In this document: positions 7,791 to 18,090 of the stretch, in pieces | Layout of the letters: each line of letters begins with the position of its first letter | Position numbering within the stretch: the first letter of the stretch is position 1 | DNA from: Chlamydiales bacterium | GTDB taxonomy: Bacteria; Chlamydiota; Chlamydiia; Chlamydiales; JBDQID01 | NCBI GenBank assembly: GCA_047611865.1 | Contig: JBLFWS010000016.1 | Location: 1 to 34,456 of the forward strand | Direction: 5' to 3' | Length of the DNA stretch: 34,456 nucleotides | The notes under the pieces: model-generated | Told to the model about the DNA's origin: nothing | What the model saw: only the letters and a program-made list of their open reading frames with translations | Databases searched by the model: none | Translations under genes and position numbers: made by a program

Positions 7791-9125
7791 GTTAGAGCTT
7801 GCCAATATGAAGTTATGACAGCCGTTGCTTGAATTAGAGTCATGGACCCTATCATTTTTAGCTTTGTAAGCTTGACAAGCAGAGGCTCCACCATCAAGAT
7901 TTAGAGCTTCTACGGCACCCAGGTGTTGGAGGAGAATGGCTGTTTCTGGGAGGCTAAACCCTACGTGGGATGAGCTTCTGCCTTTTGCTGTTACCATCAG
8001 TAGCAAGCCATCACTTGTCAATCCAATCGCCGAACGTGGGTTAGGTTCGTCAGCATGGTACAAGGTTCCTGGAGGTGTGTGAAGAGAGTGGAATTCTGAA
8101 ATTTGAGATTTTCTCAAGCTCTCGTAAATGAATTTATCTTCTTCGAGGTCTTTTTCTGTAAATGCTAGCTTTCCCTTTTTTGTCAGGACAGGGCCACAAC
8201 TTAATGCGTATCTTTGATTTTGGTAAAAACTCTTCTCAAAATTGTCAGCGGCCACTTGTGAGGTGATAGATAGGCGACCATCTTTGGAAATGGCAAACAC
8301 TCCATAGTAATTTCGGTAAGCAGTGGGTAAGTTGCTATGCTGGCCTCGAAATATTACTTTAGAGTTGTTTCTCACATAGCTTGGAATACTTTGTTCAGAA
8401 CTTGAGCCTGTGAAATTATCGAAATGTGGGGTTTTTAGAGGGCCAACAGGCTGGAGATGACTGTACTGGTCGTATTGGTAGTAGCCCCCATTGATAGCTA
8501 CTGAGGCCACTGATGCGGCGGTTTCTTCCATCCTTTTTTTGAGTGATCTTGTTCGTCTATTTTGATGGGTTAAAACTTTAAGGCGGCATTTTTTAGGGTC
8601 GATAATTTTTATATGTATTTCGCGCATATCAGAACTGTCGAGGTCTTTTGTGGTGAGAATCTGACTTAATAAGCGACCGGTAAATTTAATATGCGTTAAG
8701 CCATTGCCAATTTGCCTTACAAATACTTCGTCAGGAAGATTAAAGTTACCGAATGCAATTTTCCTGATGAGATCTCCTGGAAGTGTTGGAGAATCAAATT
8801 TAGGGATAATATCTCTTGGCAAGGTGGGGGGGGAGGAAACAGTGGATGCGGTTTTCTCTGCCGTTTTGGTGGATTCGGAAGGCATCTGGCAAGGAGATGA
8901 GAAGAGTCTTCTTACAACAGATTTAAAAGATCTATTTCTAAATAAAGATTTACTTTTCTTGTGGTGAGTTTTTCCATTCTTATCTTGAATATTTGCCTTT
9001 TTTCTAAAAACGTCTACTTCTTTCGTCTTCTGATTTACCTGGGCATTTGGATTCTGTGGTAAAACTGCTGTGAGGTTGCAGTCTGAATAGGTATTTTGAA
9101 TGTTATTATTAGTTGAGACAGGCAT
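7788..9125 (-). CDS. phosphodiester glycosidase (NAGPA/DUF2233) family protein with disordered N-terminal extension
   Basis: AINGGYY, CGPVL, NPRSAIGLTSDG.LLMVT..GR, ALNLDGGAS motifs. Confidence 0.85.
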   Translation of the reverse strand: MPVSTNNNIQNTYSDCNLTAVLPQNPNAQVNQKTKEVDVFRKKANIQDKNGKTHHKKSKSLFRNRSFKSVVRRLFSSPCQMPSESTKTAEKTASTVSSPPTLPRDIIPKFDSPTLPGDLIRKIAFGNFNLPDEVFVRQIGNGLTHIKFTGRLLSQILTTKDLDSSDMREIHIKIIDPKKCRLKVLTHQNRRTRSLKKRMEETAASVASVAINGGYYQYDQYSHLQPVGPLKTPHFDNFTGSSSEQSIPSYVRNNSKVIFRGQHSNLPTAYRNYYGVFAISKDGRLSITSQVAADNFEKSFYQNQRYALSCGPVLTKKGKLAFTEKDLEEDKFIYESLRKSQISEFHSLHTPPGTLYHADEPNPRSAIGLTSDGLLLMVTAKGRSSSHVGFSLPETAILLQHLGAVEALNLDGGASACQAYKAKNDRVHDSNSSNGCHNFILASSN

Positions 9126-9295
9126 GTATTTTGTTTCATAGTAATTATAATGAATATTAAAATAATATCATGTTTTAGATAAAATGTTAAGTTATTAAAT
9201 AATTAGCATGTATAAAAGTGATTGAAGACTAATTGCTTAGATGATATATTTCCCGATGATGTCATGATTAAAAAAAAATATTTTAGGATGCGACG

Positions 9296-10081
9296 ATGAG
9301 TACAGAGACCCTTAGTTTACCGGATTCAGATTCAAGTTGGGAAAAGCAGGCAGAAAAAGTTTATTTTTCCTTAAATAAAAGTTCTGCAACTAATCTTGTT
9401 GCTCTAGGAGTGATGGGGCTAGGGTATGTCTCACCCGTTTACCCTGAAATCCTAAAGAGTGTAGGGCTTTTTGCCCTTTCGGGAGCTATCACAAACTGGT
9501 TAGCTATACATATGCTTTTTGAGAAGGTTCCTGGGTTGTATGGATCGGGAGTTATTCCTAGCCGTTTTGAAGAATTCAAGGAGGGAATCAGATCGCTCAT
9601 TATGCTTCAGTTTTTTTCTCCCGAGAATATGGAGAAATTTTTTCAATCCTCTCAGGGAAACGGAAAAGCGAAAGTAGACTTTCATAAACTTGTGGAATCA
9701 TTAGATTATGAGTTTATATTTGAAAATCTATTGGCAGCCATTCAAGAATCTACTTTGGGCGGAATGCTTGCTATGTTTGGAGGAAATAAAGCTCTACTAC
9801 CAGTTAAACTACCTTTTATTACAAAGATGAAGGGAGCTCTTGTTGAGCTAAGCGAGCGGCCATCGTTTCAAGAAGAAGTCAAGAAGAGTATTAGTGGTAC
9901 TTTGGATCTTCCTAGCTTGAAATCGACTGTTGATGAAATCGTTCAAAAGAGACTTGATGAGCTGACACCACAAATGGTCAAAGAAATCATCCAGAAAATG
10001 ATTAGAAGTCATCTTGGCTGGCTGGTTGTTTGGGGTGGAGTATTTGGTGGCTTGATTGGGCTTGTGGCGCACTTTCTTTAA
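9296..10081 (+). CDS. DUF445 family membrane protein
   Basis: GAITNWLAIHMLFEKVPGLYGSGVIP and C-terminal HLGWLVVWGGVFGGLIG. Confidence 0.85.
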   Translation: MSTETLSLPDSDSSWEKQAEKVYFSLNKSSATNLVALGVMGLGYVSPVYPEILKSVGLFALSGAITNWLAIHMLFEKVPGLYGSGVIPSRFEEFKEGIRSLIMLQFFSPENMEKFFQSSQGNGKAKVDFHKLVESLDYEFIFENLLAAIQESTLGGMLAMFGGNKALLPVKLPFITKMKGALVELSERPSFQEEVKKSISGTLDLPSLKSTVDEIVQKRLDELTPQMVKEIIQKMIRSHLGWLVVWGGVFGGLIGLVAHFL

Positions 10082-10205
10082 AATCTTAGCTCCTAACTTT
10101 TGTGCCTTCCCACGATAAAGTGCATTCGAGACAGAAGTCATTACTCTTTACATACAGACTTTGAAAGGATAGACTGTCCTCGTTTTGTGAAATGAGAAAC
10201 GAAAG

Positions 10206-12740
10206 GTGGGAACAGTGTTGTCGAATGTTAGCGCAGGAACAAAAAGAGAGAGAGAGTTTCATCAGAGAGTCGTTTGTGATTATGAACGATTTAATTCCTT
10301 ATTTTTAGCTCTTCCTTTTGAAAGAGTTCGGGATACAGGAGACAAGCTGCCATATTTTGCCACGCACCTGAAGCAGTGTATAGAGGATGGGGTAAATTCC
10401 AAATTAGCTGTAGACTCCTTTTTCCGAAATGTACTCAAAGTTTCTCGTTCAGAGGATCTTCATTATCTTTTTTCTTTTGTTCAGTATATTGAGAGGCAGG
10501 TATTACTTTTTGATGCTTTGGAAGATGCATCTTTTACTCACTTTATGGATATGAAAGGCGAGGGGACCTTGCATCATCTATTATCCCGATTGGAAAATGA
10601 AGGAAAGCAAGACCTACTCTTAAAGCATATTGATGATACCTCTATTCGTGTCGTTCTAACTGCTCACCCGACACAGTTTTACCCTATTGCCGTTTTAGGA
10701 ATTTTAAGAGATCTAACTCAAGCTATTGCAGATAATGACCTTGAAATGGTCAATGACCTTTTGTTGCAGTTAGGGAAAACCCCTTTTCAGAGGGTGAGAA
10801 GCCCTACACCTCTTGATGAAGCCAATAGTCTAATTTGGATTTTGAAAGAGGTGATATATAAAGTCATACCCCCAATTAGAAAGAAAATTAAAAGTGTTTT
10901 AGGAAGTGGGTTTACCCAGCCTCTAGTAGAGATGGGGTTTTGGCCAGGTGGTGATCGCGACGGCAATCCTTTTGTAACAGCGGATGTTACCGCAGCGGTT
11001 CTCCTAAACTTAAGGAGAGCAATCCTGGAGCTATATTTGAAGGAGCTAGAACTTCTTTCGCAAAGATTAACTTTTCATAATATTTCGGATCAGCTTGAAG
11101 GGATTTATCAACGCTTGAAGCTGACTATGAAGGATTCCTCCGGAGAGGGAGTTTATGAAAACAGTGATAGTCTATTGCAGGATTTATTCTCTTTGAGAGA
11201 GGCTATCGTTACCCAGCATCTGGGATTGTTTGTGGGAAAGCTTGATGATTTCATCACCATTGTTGAGTCCTTTGGCTTTCATTTTGCTCATCTCGATGTA
11301 CGTCAGAACGCATCCGTTCATCGGGATCTTTTGGGGAGTTTTGGTATAAATACCGAAGAAGATCTTATTCCCTTATTCGAGAAGAAGAACTTACTAAGTC
11401 ATACTGAGGGAATGGATCCAGTTTTCGAAGAAACTCTAAAGAGTTTTCGTGTGATAAGGGATTATCAGGCTCTTTTTGGAGAGAAAGCTATCCATCGCTA
11501 TATCATTAGTAACACCCAGTCTTATCTTGATGTATTGAATGTACTGGGTTGTTCTCATTTGAGTGGATGGAATTGGGATGAGATGACTATCGACATCGTT
11601 CCCCTTTTTGAAAGTACAGAGGATTTGAAGAATTCTCAGAGTATTATGAGGGAGCTTTATAAGCATCCCATATATCGAGAACACTTACGACGTCGCGGAA
11701 ATTGTCAAACGGTAATGCTGGGATTTTCTGATGGAACTAAGGACGGGGGTTATCTAAAAGCAAATTGGGGCATTTTCGAATGCCGTCATGCCCTATCGAA
11801 GCTCTCTGAAGAATTGGGTGTTAAGATTACTTTTTTTGACGGTAGGGGTGGTCCTCCGGCTCGTGGAGGAGGAGACACTCATAAGTTTTATCGTGCAATG
11901 GAGAAAATACCCTCTGATATCCACCTAACTATACAAGGCCAAACTATTACAACGAAGTTTGCTACAGAAGAATCGGCTTCTTTTAACATTGAGCAGCTTC
12001 TTTCAGCGGGCCTGCACCCTAAATTATTTAGGGATGATCTGGAGGAGGATATGAGTAAAGCGGATGAGGAAATGCTAATGGAACTTTCCGAACTTAGCAG
12101 GGACTCTTATCATGATTTAAAGAACGACCCGCTTTTTGTTCCCTACCTTCAAGAAATCAGCCCGTTGCCTTATTTTGGAGAACTAAATATCGCGAGTCGT
12201 CCTGTCTCAAGGACGCAGAATGAAGAATTTTCATTTGAGAGCTTACGTGCGATACCTTTTGTAGGTAGCTGGAGTCAAATTAAGCAAAATGTACCGGGAT
12301 ATTATGGATTGGGAACAGCATTTTCTCATGCTTTTGAGAATGGGAAGAGTGAACAGCTGAAAAATCTCTATAAAAAGTCCCTGTTTTTTCGAACCCTTTT
12401 AAATAACTGCAGGCAAAGTCTAAGTAAAACAAAGTTCTCTTTGACGCAACATCTTGCGAAAGACGCACGTTTTAAAGATTTTTGGATGAAGCTTAAAAAT
12501 GAAGCTCAAATTTGTAGAAAGGCTTTGGAAGAAATATCTGGGGAAGAGGAAATTTCTGATCACGACCGTATTGTAAGAAAGTCTGTTGAGCTAAGAGAAT
12601 CACTTATCTTACCCCTGACTGTTATTCAGCAGTATGGCTTGATACAAGTTAGAGAAGGGAGTGAAGACTCAGAGACGTATAAAAAGCTCATCCGACGTTC
12701 TGTTGCAGCCATCTTAAATGCTGCCCGGAATTCGGCCTGA
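10206..12740 (+). CDS. ppc: phosphoenolpyruvate carboxylase
   Basis: VLTAHPTQ, GGDRDGNPFVT, IVPLFE, VMLGFSDGTKDGG, FFDGRGGPPARGGG, LRAIPFV, C-terminal ARNSA. Exact start codon uncertain. Confidence 0.96.
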   Translation: MGTVLSNVSAGTKREREFHQRVVCDYERFNSLFLALPFERVRDTGDKLPYFATHLKQCIEDGVNSKLAVDSFFRNVLKVSRSEDLHYLFSFVQYIERQVLLFDALEDASFTHFMDMKGEGTLHHLLSRLENEGKQDLLLKHIDDTSIRVVLTAHPTQFYPIAVLGILRDLTQAIADNDLEMVNDLLLQLGKTPFQRVRSPTPLDEANSLIWILKEVIYKVIPPIRKKIKSVLGSGFTQPLVEMGFWPGGDRDGNPFVTADVTAAVLLNLRRAILELYLKELELLSQRLTFHNISDQLEGIYQRLKLTMKDSSGEGVYENSDSLLQDLFSLREAIVTQHLGLFVGKLDDFITIVESFGFHFAHLDVRQNASVHRDLLGSFGINTEEDLIPLFEKKNLLSHTEGMDPVFEETLKSFRVIRDYQALFGEKAIHRYIISNTQSYLDVLNVLGCSHLSGWNWDEMTIDIVPLFESTEDLKNSQSIMRELYKHPIYREHLRRRGNCQTVMLGFSDGTKDGGYLKANWGIFECRHALSKLSEELGVKITFFDGRGGPPARGGGDTHKFYRAMEKIPSDIHLTIQGQTITTKFATEESASFNIEQLLSAGLHPKLFRDDLEEDMSKADEEMLMELSELSRDSYHDLKNDPLFVPYLQEISPLPYFGELNIASRPVSRTQNEEFSFESLRAIPFVGSWSQIKQNVPGYYGLGTAFSHAFENGKSEQLKNLYKKSLFFRTLLNNCRQSLSKTKFSLTQHLAKDARFKDFWMKLKNEAQICRKALEEISGEEEISDHDRIVRKSVELRESLILPLTVIQQYGLIQVREGSEDSETYKKLIRRSVAAILNAARNSA

Positions 12741-12821
12741 GACCTGAATTTGAAAACTTCTTAATTGGACTTTGTTTTATTTTCAGGTGTGTATAGTTGG
12801 AAATCGAGTTTGAGTGATGTT

Positions 12822-12985
12822 TATACACAAACAACTTCAAGAATCGGTTTTTGGCCCAATCTTTTTCCACCTAACGAAGCCTGAAAATTCCACCTACTTG
12901 TCCAAGTATAACTGGAATTTTCAGGCTCCTTTAGTTGAAAAAATCTCAGGCCCAAAAATCAGATTCTTGAAGTTGCTTGTGTATA
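12822..12985. mobile_element. ERIC-like palindromic element family B (copy B1), 164 bp
   Basis: TATACACAAACAACTTCAAGAAT...ATTCTTGAAGTTGCTTGTGTATA termini; inner hairpin AGCCTGAAAATTCCA...TGGAATTTTCAGGCT; colinear second copy at 25298-25461. Confidence 0.9.
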
Positions 12986-13139
12986 GAGATGGCTTTTGTT
13001 TATAAGAAACGGAGTAATGTAGACATCCAAGGTGTTGTAAAACGATAGAAATAAGTAAAAAGGCTAGATAGTAAATCTGTGAACACAGTATAGACTCTTC
13101 GATAATGTTTTTTTATGTTAATCGTTGTAACGATTATCA

Positions 13140-14102
13140 CTCGAAACACCAACACAGAGGTTAAGGATAAGTATCTTTGATATCCCTAGTTCCGTTATTT
13201 ATCATATAGGAAGCTTGCTCCCAGGTAGTTCAGCGGCATCTTCTGATGACTCTAGTTGTCTTACGGATCCAAAAATTCAAAAACAGTTCAGCTAATTTAA
13301 ACTTGATTATCAAAAGTCATATGAAGATAAGGCCGAGGAAACTCAACGCTTTAATATTTTCCGTGAAAACCTAATGTTTATCCACAAGCATAATCAAGAA
13401 CCAAATATTGATTATAAACTGGCTGTAAATGAATTTGCTGATTTGTCATTTGGGGAATTTAAGGGTTCAAAATTTGGATATTCTGCTGCTACGGCATCGA
13501 AAGTGGGCGAGCATCATTTAGGTTTTCACGTAATTAGCAATGAAGAATTACCAAAGTCTGTGGATTGGTCTCATTTGGGTGCTGTTACTAACGTGAAAAA
13601 TCAGGCAAAGTGCGGGTCCTGTTATTCTTTTTCCGCCACTGGAGCAATGGAGGGCAGATATGAAATTGCGACAGGGAAATTGTTATTACTATCTGAACAG
13701 CAGATTGTGGATTGTTCTCGTAAAGAAGGCAATATGGGCTGTGATGGAGGCCTTATGGACAATGTATTCACCTACGTTGAGAAGAACGGTCTTTGTAGTG
13801 AGGAAGGATATCCCTATACAGCGGAAGTTGGGAAGTGTAAGGCTGACGAATGCACTCCAGCTATCCACCCTAAGGATATCGTAGGTATCATAGATGTTCC
13901 TGCCAACAACGACCGAGCTATGATGGAAGCTGTGGCAAAAGGCCCTGTTTCTGTAGCTATAGAAGCAGATAAGACAGTATTTCAGTTTTATTCAGATGGA
14001 GTTCTTACTGCAGCTTGTGGTGATAAGCTAGATCATGGAGTTTTGCTGGTAGGGTATGGAAGTCTTGATGGCACAGATTACTGGAAGGTAAAGAACTCCT
14101 GG
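13140..14102 (+). pseudogene. cathepsin L-like (papain C1A) cysteine protease with I29 prodomain; nonsense-disrupted and 3'-truncated
   Basis: In frame upstream of the track ORF: KQFS*FKLDYQKSYEDKAEETQRFNIFRENL (ERFNIN motif; TAA at 13293-13295). Then VNEFADL, LPKSVDW, QAKCGSCY, GCDGG, LDHGVLLVGYG and YWKVKNSW; homology ends abruptly after NSW. 5' boundary approximate. Confidence 0.88.
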
Positions 14103-14623
14103 TCTTCAAGAATTCTCACAACAACATCTAGATGACCTCTATTCGATGCGGCATAAAGGCCACGGGATTTCAGCTTATCCTCAAGAAAGCTTTCTTGGAG
14201 TATTCTCTTTACGCTTTGTATCTCACCACTTGCAGCTGCCTTTCTGAAGATGGAGTATGTTCTGATGTTGTTTATCTGGGGGATTTTTTCATGAATTTGT
14301 CGGCATCTTTGACTTAAATTACCCGTGAAAGCCAACTCAGGAAAATATTTCTTAAATTGAGATTCCATTTTCATGGCTTCATCGAAAATAGACTGGATTG
14401 AATACGATCTATTGGGTGAAAGAATATTCATTTCTTTTAGAATTGTACGGAGGTCTTTTTGGAGAGATTCTGAAGTTTCTGAGAGGTATTCAAAAGCTTT
14501 GGAAAAAGCATTGTTAGTTCTATCGGACATGGCTAAAGAAACTACGTCGGCCGGTTCCATGTCTTCTAATATCTTGTATATGCTGTCTGAAGTTAGGGAA
14601 TTAATGTTAGTGTCGAAAACCAT
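14078..14623 (-). pseudogene. F-box-like/ankyrin-repeat protein, 3'-truncated
   Basis: N-terminal INSLTSDSIYKILEDMEPADVVSLAMSDR (F-box-like); AAASGEIQSVKRIL and AASNRGHLDVVVRIL (ankyrin). The last residues are read from the antisense of the cathepsin gene. Confidence 0.72.
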
Positions 14624-14727
14624 AAAGACAACCTCTCATTTTAGACATTTGTAAAAATGCATATACTAGGATTATACTAATTTTTTGCTACACTAAACTT
14701 TTTTATCTAAGCGAAATGCAGGTGAGT

Positions 14728-16011
14728 ATGAAGAGGTTTTTCAATTTTGTTCCTGTTAAAATTATTTTGCCAGGGATACTTGTTGCGGCTACAGGAGTCG
14801 GTGCTGGTGATTTAGCTACGGCTTCTTTTACCGGAAATCTTCTTGGGACCTCAATACTTTGGGCCGTTGTTCTTGGGGCTTTATTGAAATTTGTTCTTAA
14901 TGAAGGCTTGGCCAGGTGGCAGTTAGCTAGCGGCTTTACTTTACTGGAAGGGGCTATTGCCGAGTATGGTAAGATTATTTCAGTCTTTTTTCTTCCCTAC
15001 CTGCTTATTTGGAGCTTTTTCGTTGGGGCAGCACTAATGGGTGCATGTGGAGTGACCTCTCATGCCATATATCCGCTTTATGAAGATCCAAATATTGACA
15101 AAATTGTTTATGGGGTGGGGCATAGTCTTTTGGGTTTAGGTCTGGTTTTGTTTGGGGGCTTTAAGCTGTTCGAGAAAATCATGAGCTTTTGTATCAGTGT
15201 TATGTTTCTTAGTGTTCTAACTACGGCAGCCTTCCTTTGGCCGGGTTTTGGAGAACTTGCTCAGGGACTTATCCCTCAACCATGGGATTTATCAAGCGAG
15301 GGCCTTACCTGGACGATAGCTTTGATGGGAGGAGTGGGAGGAACCCTCACGATTCTTTGTTATGGTTATTGGATTCGTGAGGAGAACCGGGAAGGTGTTG
15401 AATATTTACAGACATGTCGTATTGATCTGGCAGTGGCATACATAATGATAGCCGTTTTTGGGATGGCAATGATCATCATTGCCAGCGGCGTGGATATTGA
15501 AGGTAAAGGTGGAGCCAAGTTACTTGTTAATTTAGCAGACCATTTGGAAAAGCCTTTAGGGAGTTTTGGTAGGTGGACTTTTCTTATTGGTGCTTGGGGA
15601 ACTGTCTTTAGCAGTTTGTTAGGGGTATGGCAATCTGTCCCGTACATTTTTGCGGATTTTTATCAGCAGGTTTTAACTAATGATTCCAACGTGGAAGTTG
15701 TACTTGCTCGAAAAGTCAATACAAGTAGTAAACCCTATAGAGGCTATCTTTTTGCTTTAGCATTTATACCAATGCTTGGACTTTTTTATGATTTCAGAGA
15801 AGTGCAGAAAATATATGCTGTGGTGGGAGCTTTTTTTATGCCACTGTTGGCTATGACTCTTTTGGCACTAAATGCTAAGTCTTCTTTGCTAGGAAAAGAT
15901 TTTACTAACGGGAGATGGGCCAAAGGGGCTTTGCTGGTAACAGTGTTTTTTTTCAGTTGGATCCTCTGGGTAAAGCTTTCTGAATTTATTTGGGCATTTT
16001 TCTCCTTCTAA
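14728..16011 (+). CDS. Nramp-superfamily (YcsG-like) transporter
   Basis: PGILVAATGVGAGDL, KFVLNEGLARWQL, about 11 hydrophobic segments. ATG 14728 follows AGGTGAG (track start 14716). Confidence 0.85.
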   Translation: MKRFFNFVPVKIILPGILVAATGVGAGDLATASFTGNLLGTSILWAVVLGALLKFVLNEGLARWQLASGFTLLEGAIAEYGKIISVFFLPYLLIWSFFVGAALMGACGVTSHAIYPLYEDPNIDKIVYGVGHSLLGLGLVLFGGFKLFEKIMSFCISVMFLSVLTTAAFLWPGFGELAQGLIPQPWDLSSEGLTWTIALMGGVGGTLTILCYGYWIREENREGVEYLQTCRIDLAVAYIMIAVFGMAMIIIASGVDIEGKGGAKLLVNLADHLEKPLGSFGRWTFLIGAWGTVFSSLLGVWQSVPYIFADFYQQVLTNDSNVEVVLARKVNTSSKPYRGYLFALAFIPMLGLFYDFREVQKIYAVVGAFFMPLLAMTLLALNAKSSLLGKDFTNGRWAKGALLVTVFFFSWILWVKLSEFIWAFFSF

Positions 16012-16088
16012 AAAACATGAGAAGTAACTATATAGCCTCTATTACTACAAAAAAAACTGAAAAGTAAACTTTTTAACAAGAGGATCTT

Positions 16089-16550
16089 ATGATTGGTGCC
16101 AGCCCTGTAACGTACAATGAAGTTTCCCTTTTTCATCTTCGCTGTGAAGATTTGTTTAAAAAGGGGTGGGACTTACTAAAAAAAGAAGAAGCCTTACTTG
16201 TTGAAAAAGCAGGAGCTAACGCTGTTGCAGGAAATGAAGATAATGAGAACAAGCAAGAAATAAGAGCCGCCGTCACTGCATTTTTTTTAGAAGCTGAGCA
16301 GGTCAAGTCAGAAGTGAATAACTTGAAAGGTCGAGTGAAGGAAGTGCTGGAAAATAGGGAACTGATCAATATAAGACCTTCTGAGGAAGATTTAGGAACT
16401 TGTGGGAATTCTGAAGATAGTGGGGTGGAGGAAGACGTTTATTTGGATGGGATAGCCCTTGCAACTTATCCCCATAAGCTTGGCGGGGTTTATAAAATGA
16501 TAAATGAAATTAGCGAAAATGTTAACGACCTTAAAAAAGAGATTTTTTAA
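16089..16550 (+). CDS. hypothetical helical protein
   Basis: 153-aa ORF with AGAGGA SD. Confidence 0.7.
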   Translation: MIGASPVTYNEVSLFHLRCEDLFKKGWDLLKKEEALLVEKAGANAVAGNEDNENKQEIRAAVTAFFLEAEQVKSEVNNLKGRVKEVLENRELINIRPSEEDLGTCGNSEDSGVEEDVYLDGIALATYPHKLGGVYKMINEISENVNDLKKEIF

Positions 16551-16746
16551 ATTTATTTTCGTTAATAAAAGGCTATTTCTAAAATTTCAATTATTAAATA
16601 TTCTGTATCAAATATTTAATTTTCATTTGTAGAATCCTGTTGGAGTTTACAAAAACATACAATACTTTCTAAGTATTTACTATAATTATGGCCTTGTATA
16701 TAATACTAGTTATCGTATTTTCAGGATCTTTAATTTTAGTACTATA

Positions 16747-17097
16747 ATGTATTCAGATTCACCACTTTCTAGTATTCCAAAAGAAATGTTTCATGAAGTC
16801 GCTTCTTTTTTGACTCTCCCAGACAAGGGGAATTTAGGGGCAACTAGCTCTGGGTCAGATCGCTGGATAGCAGAACTCGTCCGGAAGGAAGGAAGAGGGA
16901 TTTTTAAATTTATTCAGTATGTCGACAGTAGAAATGAAATTTGTCGGAGGATGAATGAGTTTACCTCGAGCAAGATACAGAGTTTATTAAATTCCCTGCA
17001 TTCAAAAGAAGTCCTACATGCTATTCATGTGATGAATGATCTTTGGACAAAAGTTCATCGTAGGGGGCGCTTAAGAGTTGAGAAAAACCATGATTGA
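16747..17097 (+). CDS. F-box-like domain protein
   Basis: LSSIPKEMFHEVASFLTLPDKGNLGATSS fits the F-box pattern LP.E....I..FL...D...L..vs. Confidence 0.68.
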   Translation: MYSDSPLSSIPKEMFHEVASFLTLPDKGNLGATSSGSDRWIAELVRKEGRGIFKFIQYVDSRNEICRRMNEFTSSKIQSLLNSLHSKEVLHAIHVMNDLWTKVHRRGRLRVEKNHD

Positions 17098-17548
17098 GAA
17101 TAAAAATGGAAACCTTGAATCGTTACCTGATGATATAAAGGTGATGACATCATTTGAATTCATGAGCCTCCCTGAGAGGGTTAGGTTTGGAGATGTAAAT
17201 TCTTCTTTTCACAAAGCGAGTCACATAGCGATTCTTTTGGAAGGGAGAGAAATCGTTCGTTTCCTTAATGAACTAAATAGACATTTACCCTCCGCTCAAA
17301 GAGTTGCTGCCTGGTCTATCGATAATTTTCAGACTAAGCTTAGTCAAATGAAAGGACTTGACTTACTCCAGGCATTTACCGAGATGGAAAAATTGGCTGT
17401 TTCGAGGGTAAAATGGCTTGTGGTGGAAGTTGATCTGGATTCTAAGAAATACAAGTCTTTAGTCGTTGAAAGAATATTTGATGCCCTGAGAGCAAAGAAT
17501 TCTCCAATACATCAAATGCTTCCTTTTCCCGGAGTAATAGGATTTTAG
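17090..17548 (+). CDS. F-box-like domain protein (tandem paralog of the preceding gene)
   Basis: LESLPDDIKVMTSFEFMSLPERVRFGDVNSSF; EGREIVRFL parallels EGRGIFKFI in the upstream ORF. Confidence 0.68.
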   Translation: MIENKNGNLESLPDDIKVMTSFEFMSLPERVRFGDVNSSFHKASHIAILLEGREIVRFLNELNRHLPSAQRVAAWSIDNFQTKLSQMKGLDLLQAFTEMEKLAVSRVKWLVVEVDLDSKKYKSLVVERIFDALRAKNSPIHQMLPFPGVIGF

Positions 17549-17609
17549 GGTTTCATGATTTTTATTCCTCCCTCCTTTCCACCAAAAAACGATATATTGA
17601 GGCTTATCA

Positions 17610-17969
17610 ATGTATGTAAATAGATATTCCGTTGATGCAAGAGTGCATCCTCACTTTCCTGGGCTAGGGTGTTTAGCAAGGTCTCCAGAAAGGAATTTGC
17701 AAGCAAATGCTTATGGAAGATGGACCACTCCTTACGACCTGGAGTCAGGATTCGGAAGATCTTTTGAAGAAAGGAATGTAAGGAGAGTAGCCGCTACAAG
17801 GTTTGAAAGGGGCTTACCTTCCATTTCCGTGGCTCGACCACGTAGAACTGCAAGAGGGCAAGCGGGGACACGTGGTGGAGGTAAGATCCTGGATAAGTGT
17901 TGTTATCTGGCCTTAGCAGTACTATTAACTGTAGCTGTTGTTGTAAGCGGTCAAAACTCATCTAAGTAA
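17610..17969 (+). CDS. hypothetical Arg-rich protein with C-terminal transmembrane segment
   Basis: GAGG SD; CCYLALAVLLTVAVVVS near the C-terminus. Confidence 0.6.
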   Translation: MYVNRYSVDARVHPHFPGLGCLARSPERNLQANAYGRWTTPYDLESGFGRSFEERNVRRVAATRFERGLPSISVARPRRTARGQAGTRGGGKILDKCCYLALAVLLTVAVVVSGQNSSK

Positions 17970-18090
17970 AAAGTCTTTACAAAACAAAATAATGAATTTG
18001 CAAGTCCTTATTTATAAGCTCATTAAAAACCTAGCCAAATCCCGAAATAATTAATTCTCGGATAGGTTCATAAAATCGGAGAAGATTTGG

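Noticed and set aside
12742..12795. Weak hairpin after ppc ending in GTGTGTATA, possibly a family B remnant or terminator
   Set aside because: Pairing is too imperfect and there is no matching left end.
12814..13005. 63-aa ORF (and antisense 12688-12870)
   Set aside because: It is the open frame through palindromic element B1; no independent evidence of a gene.
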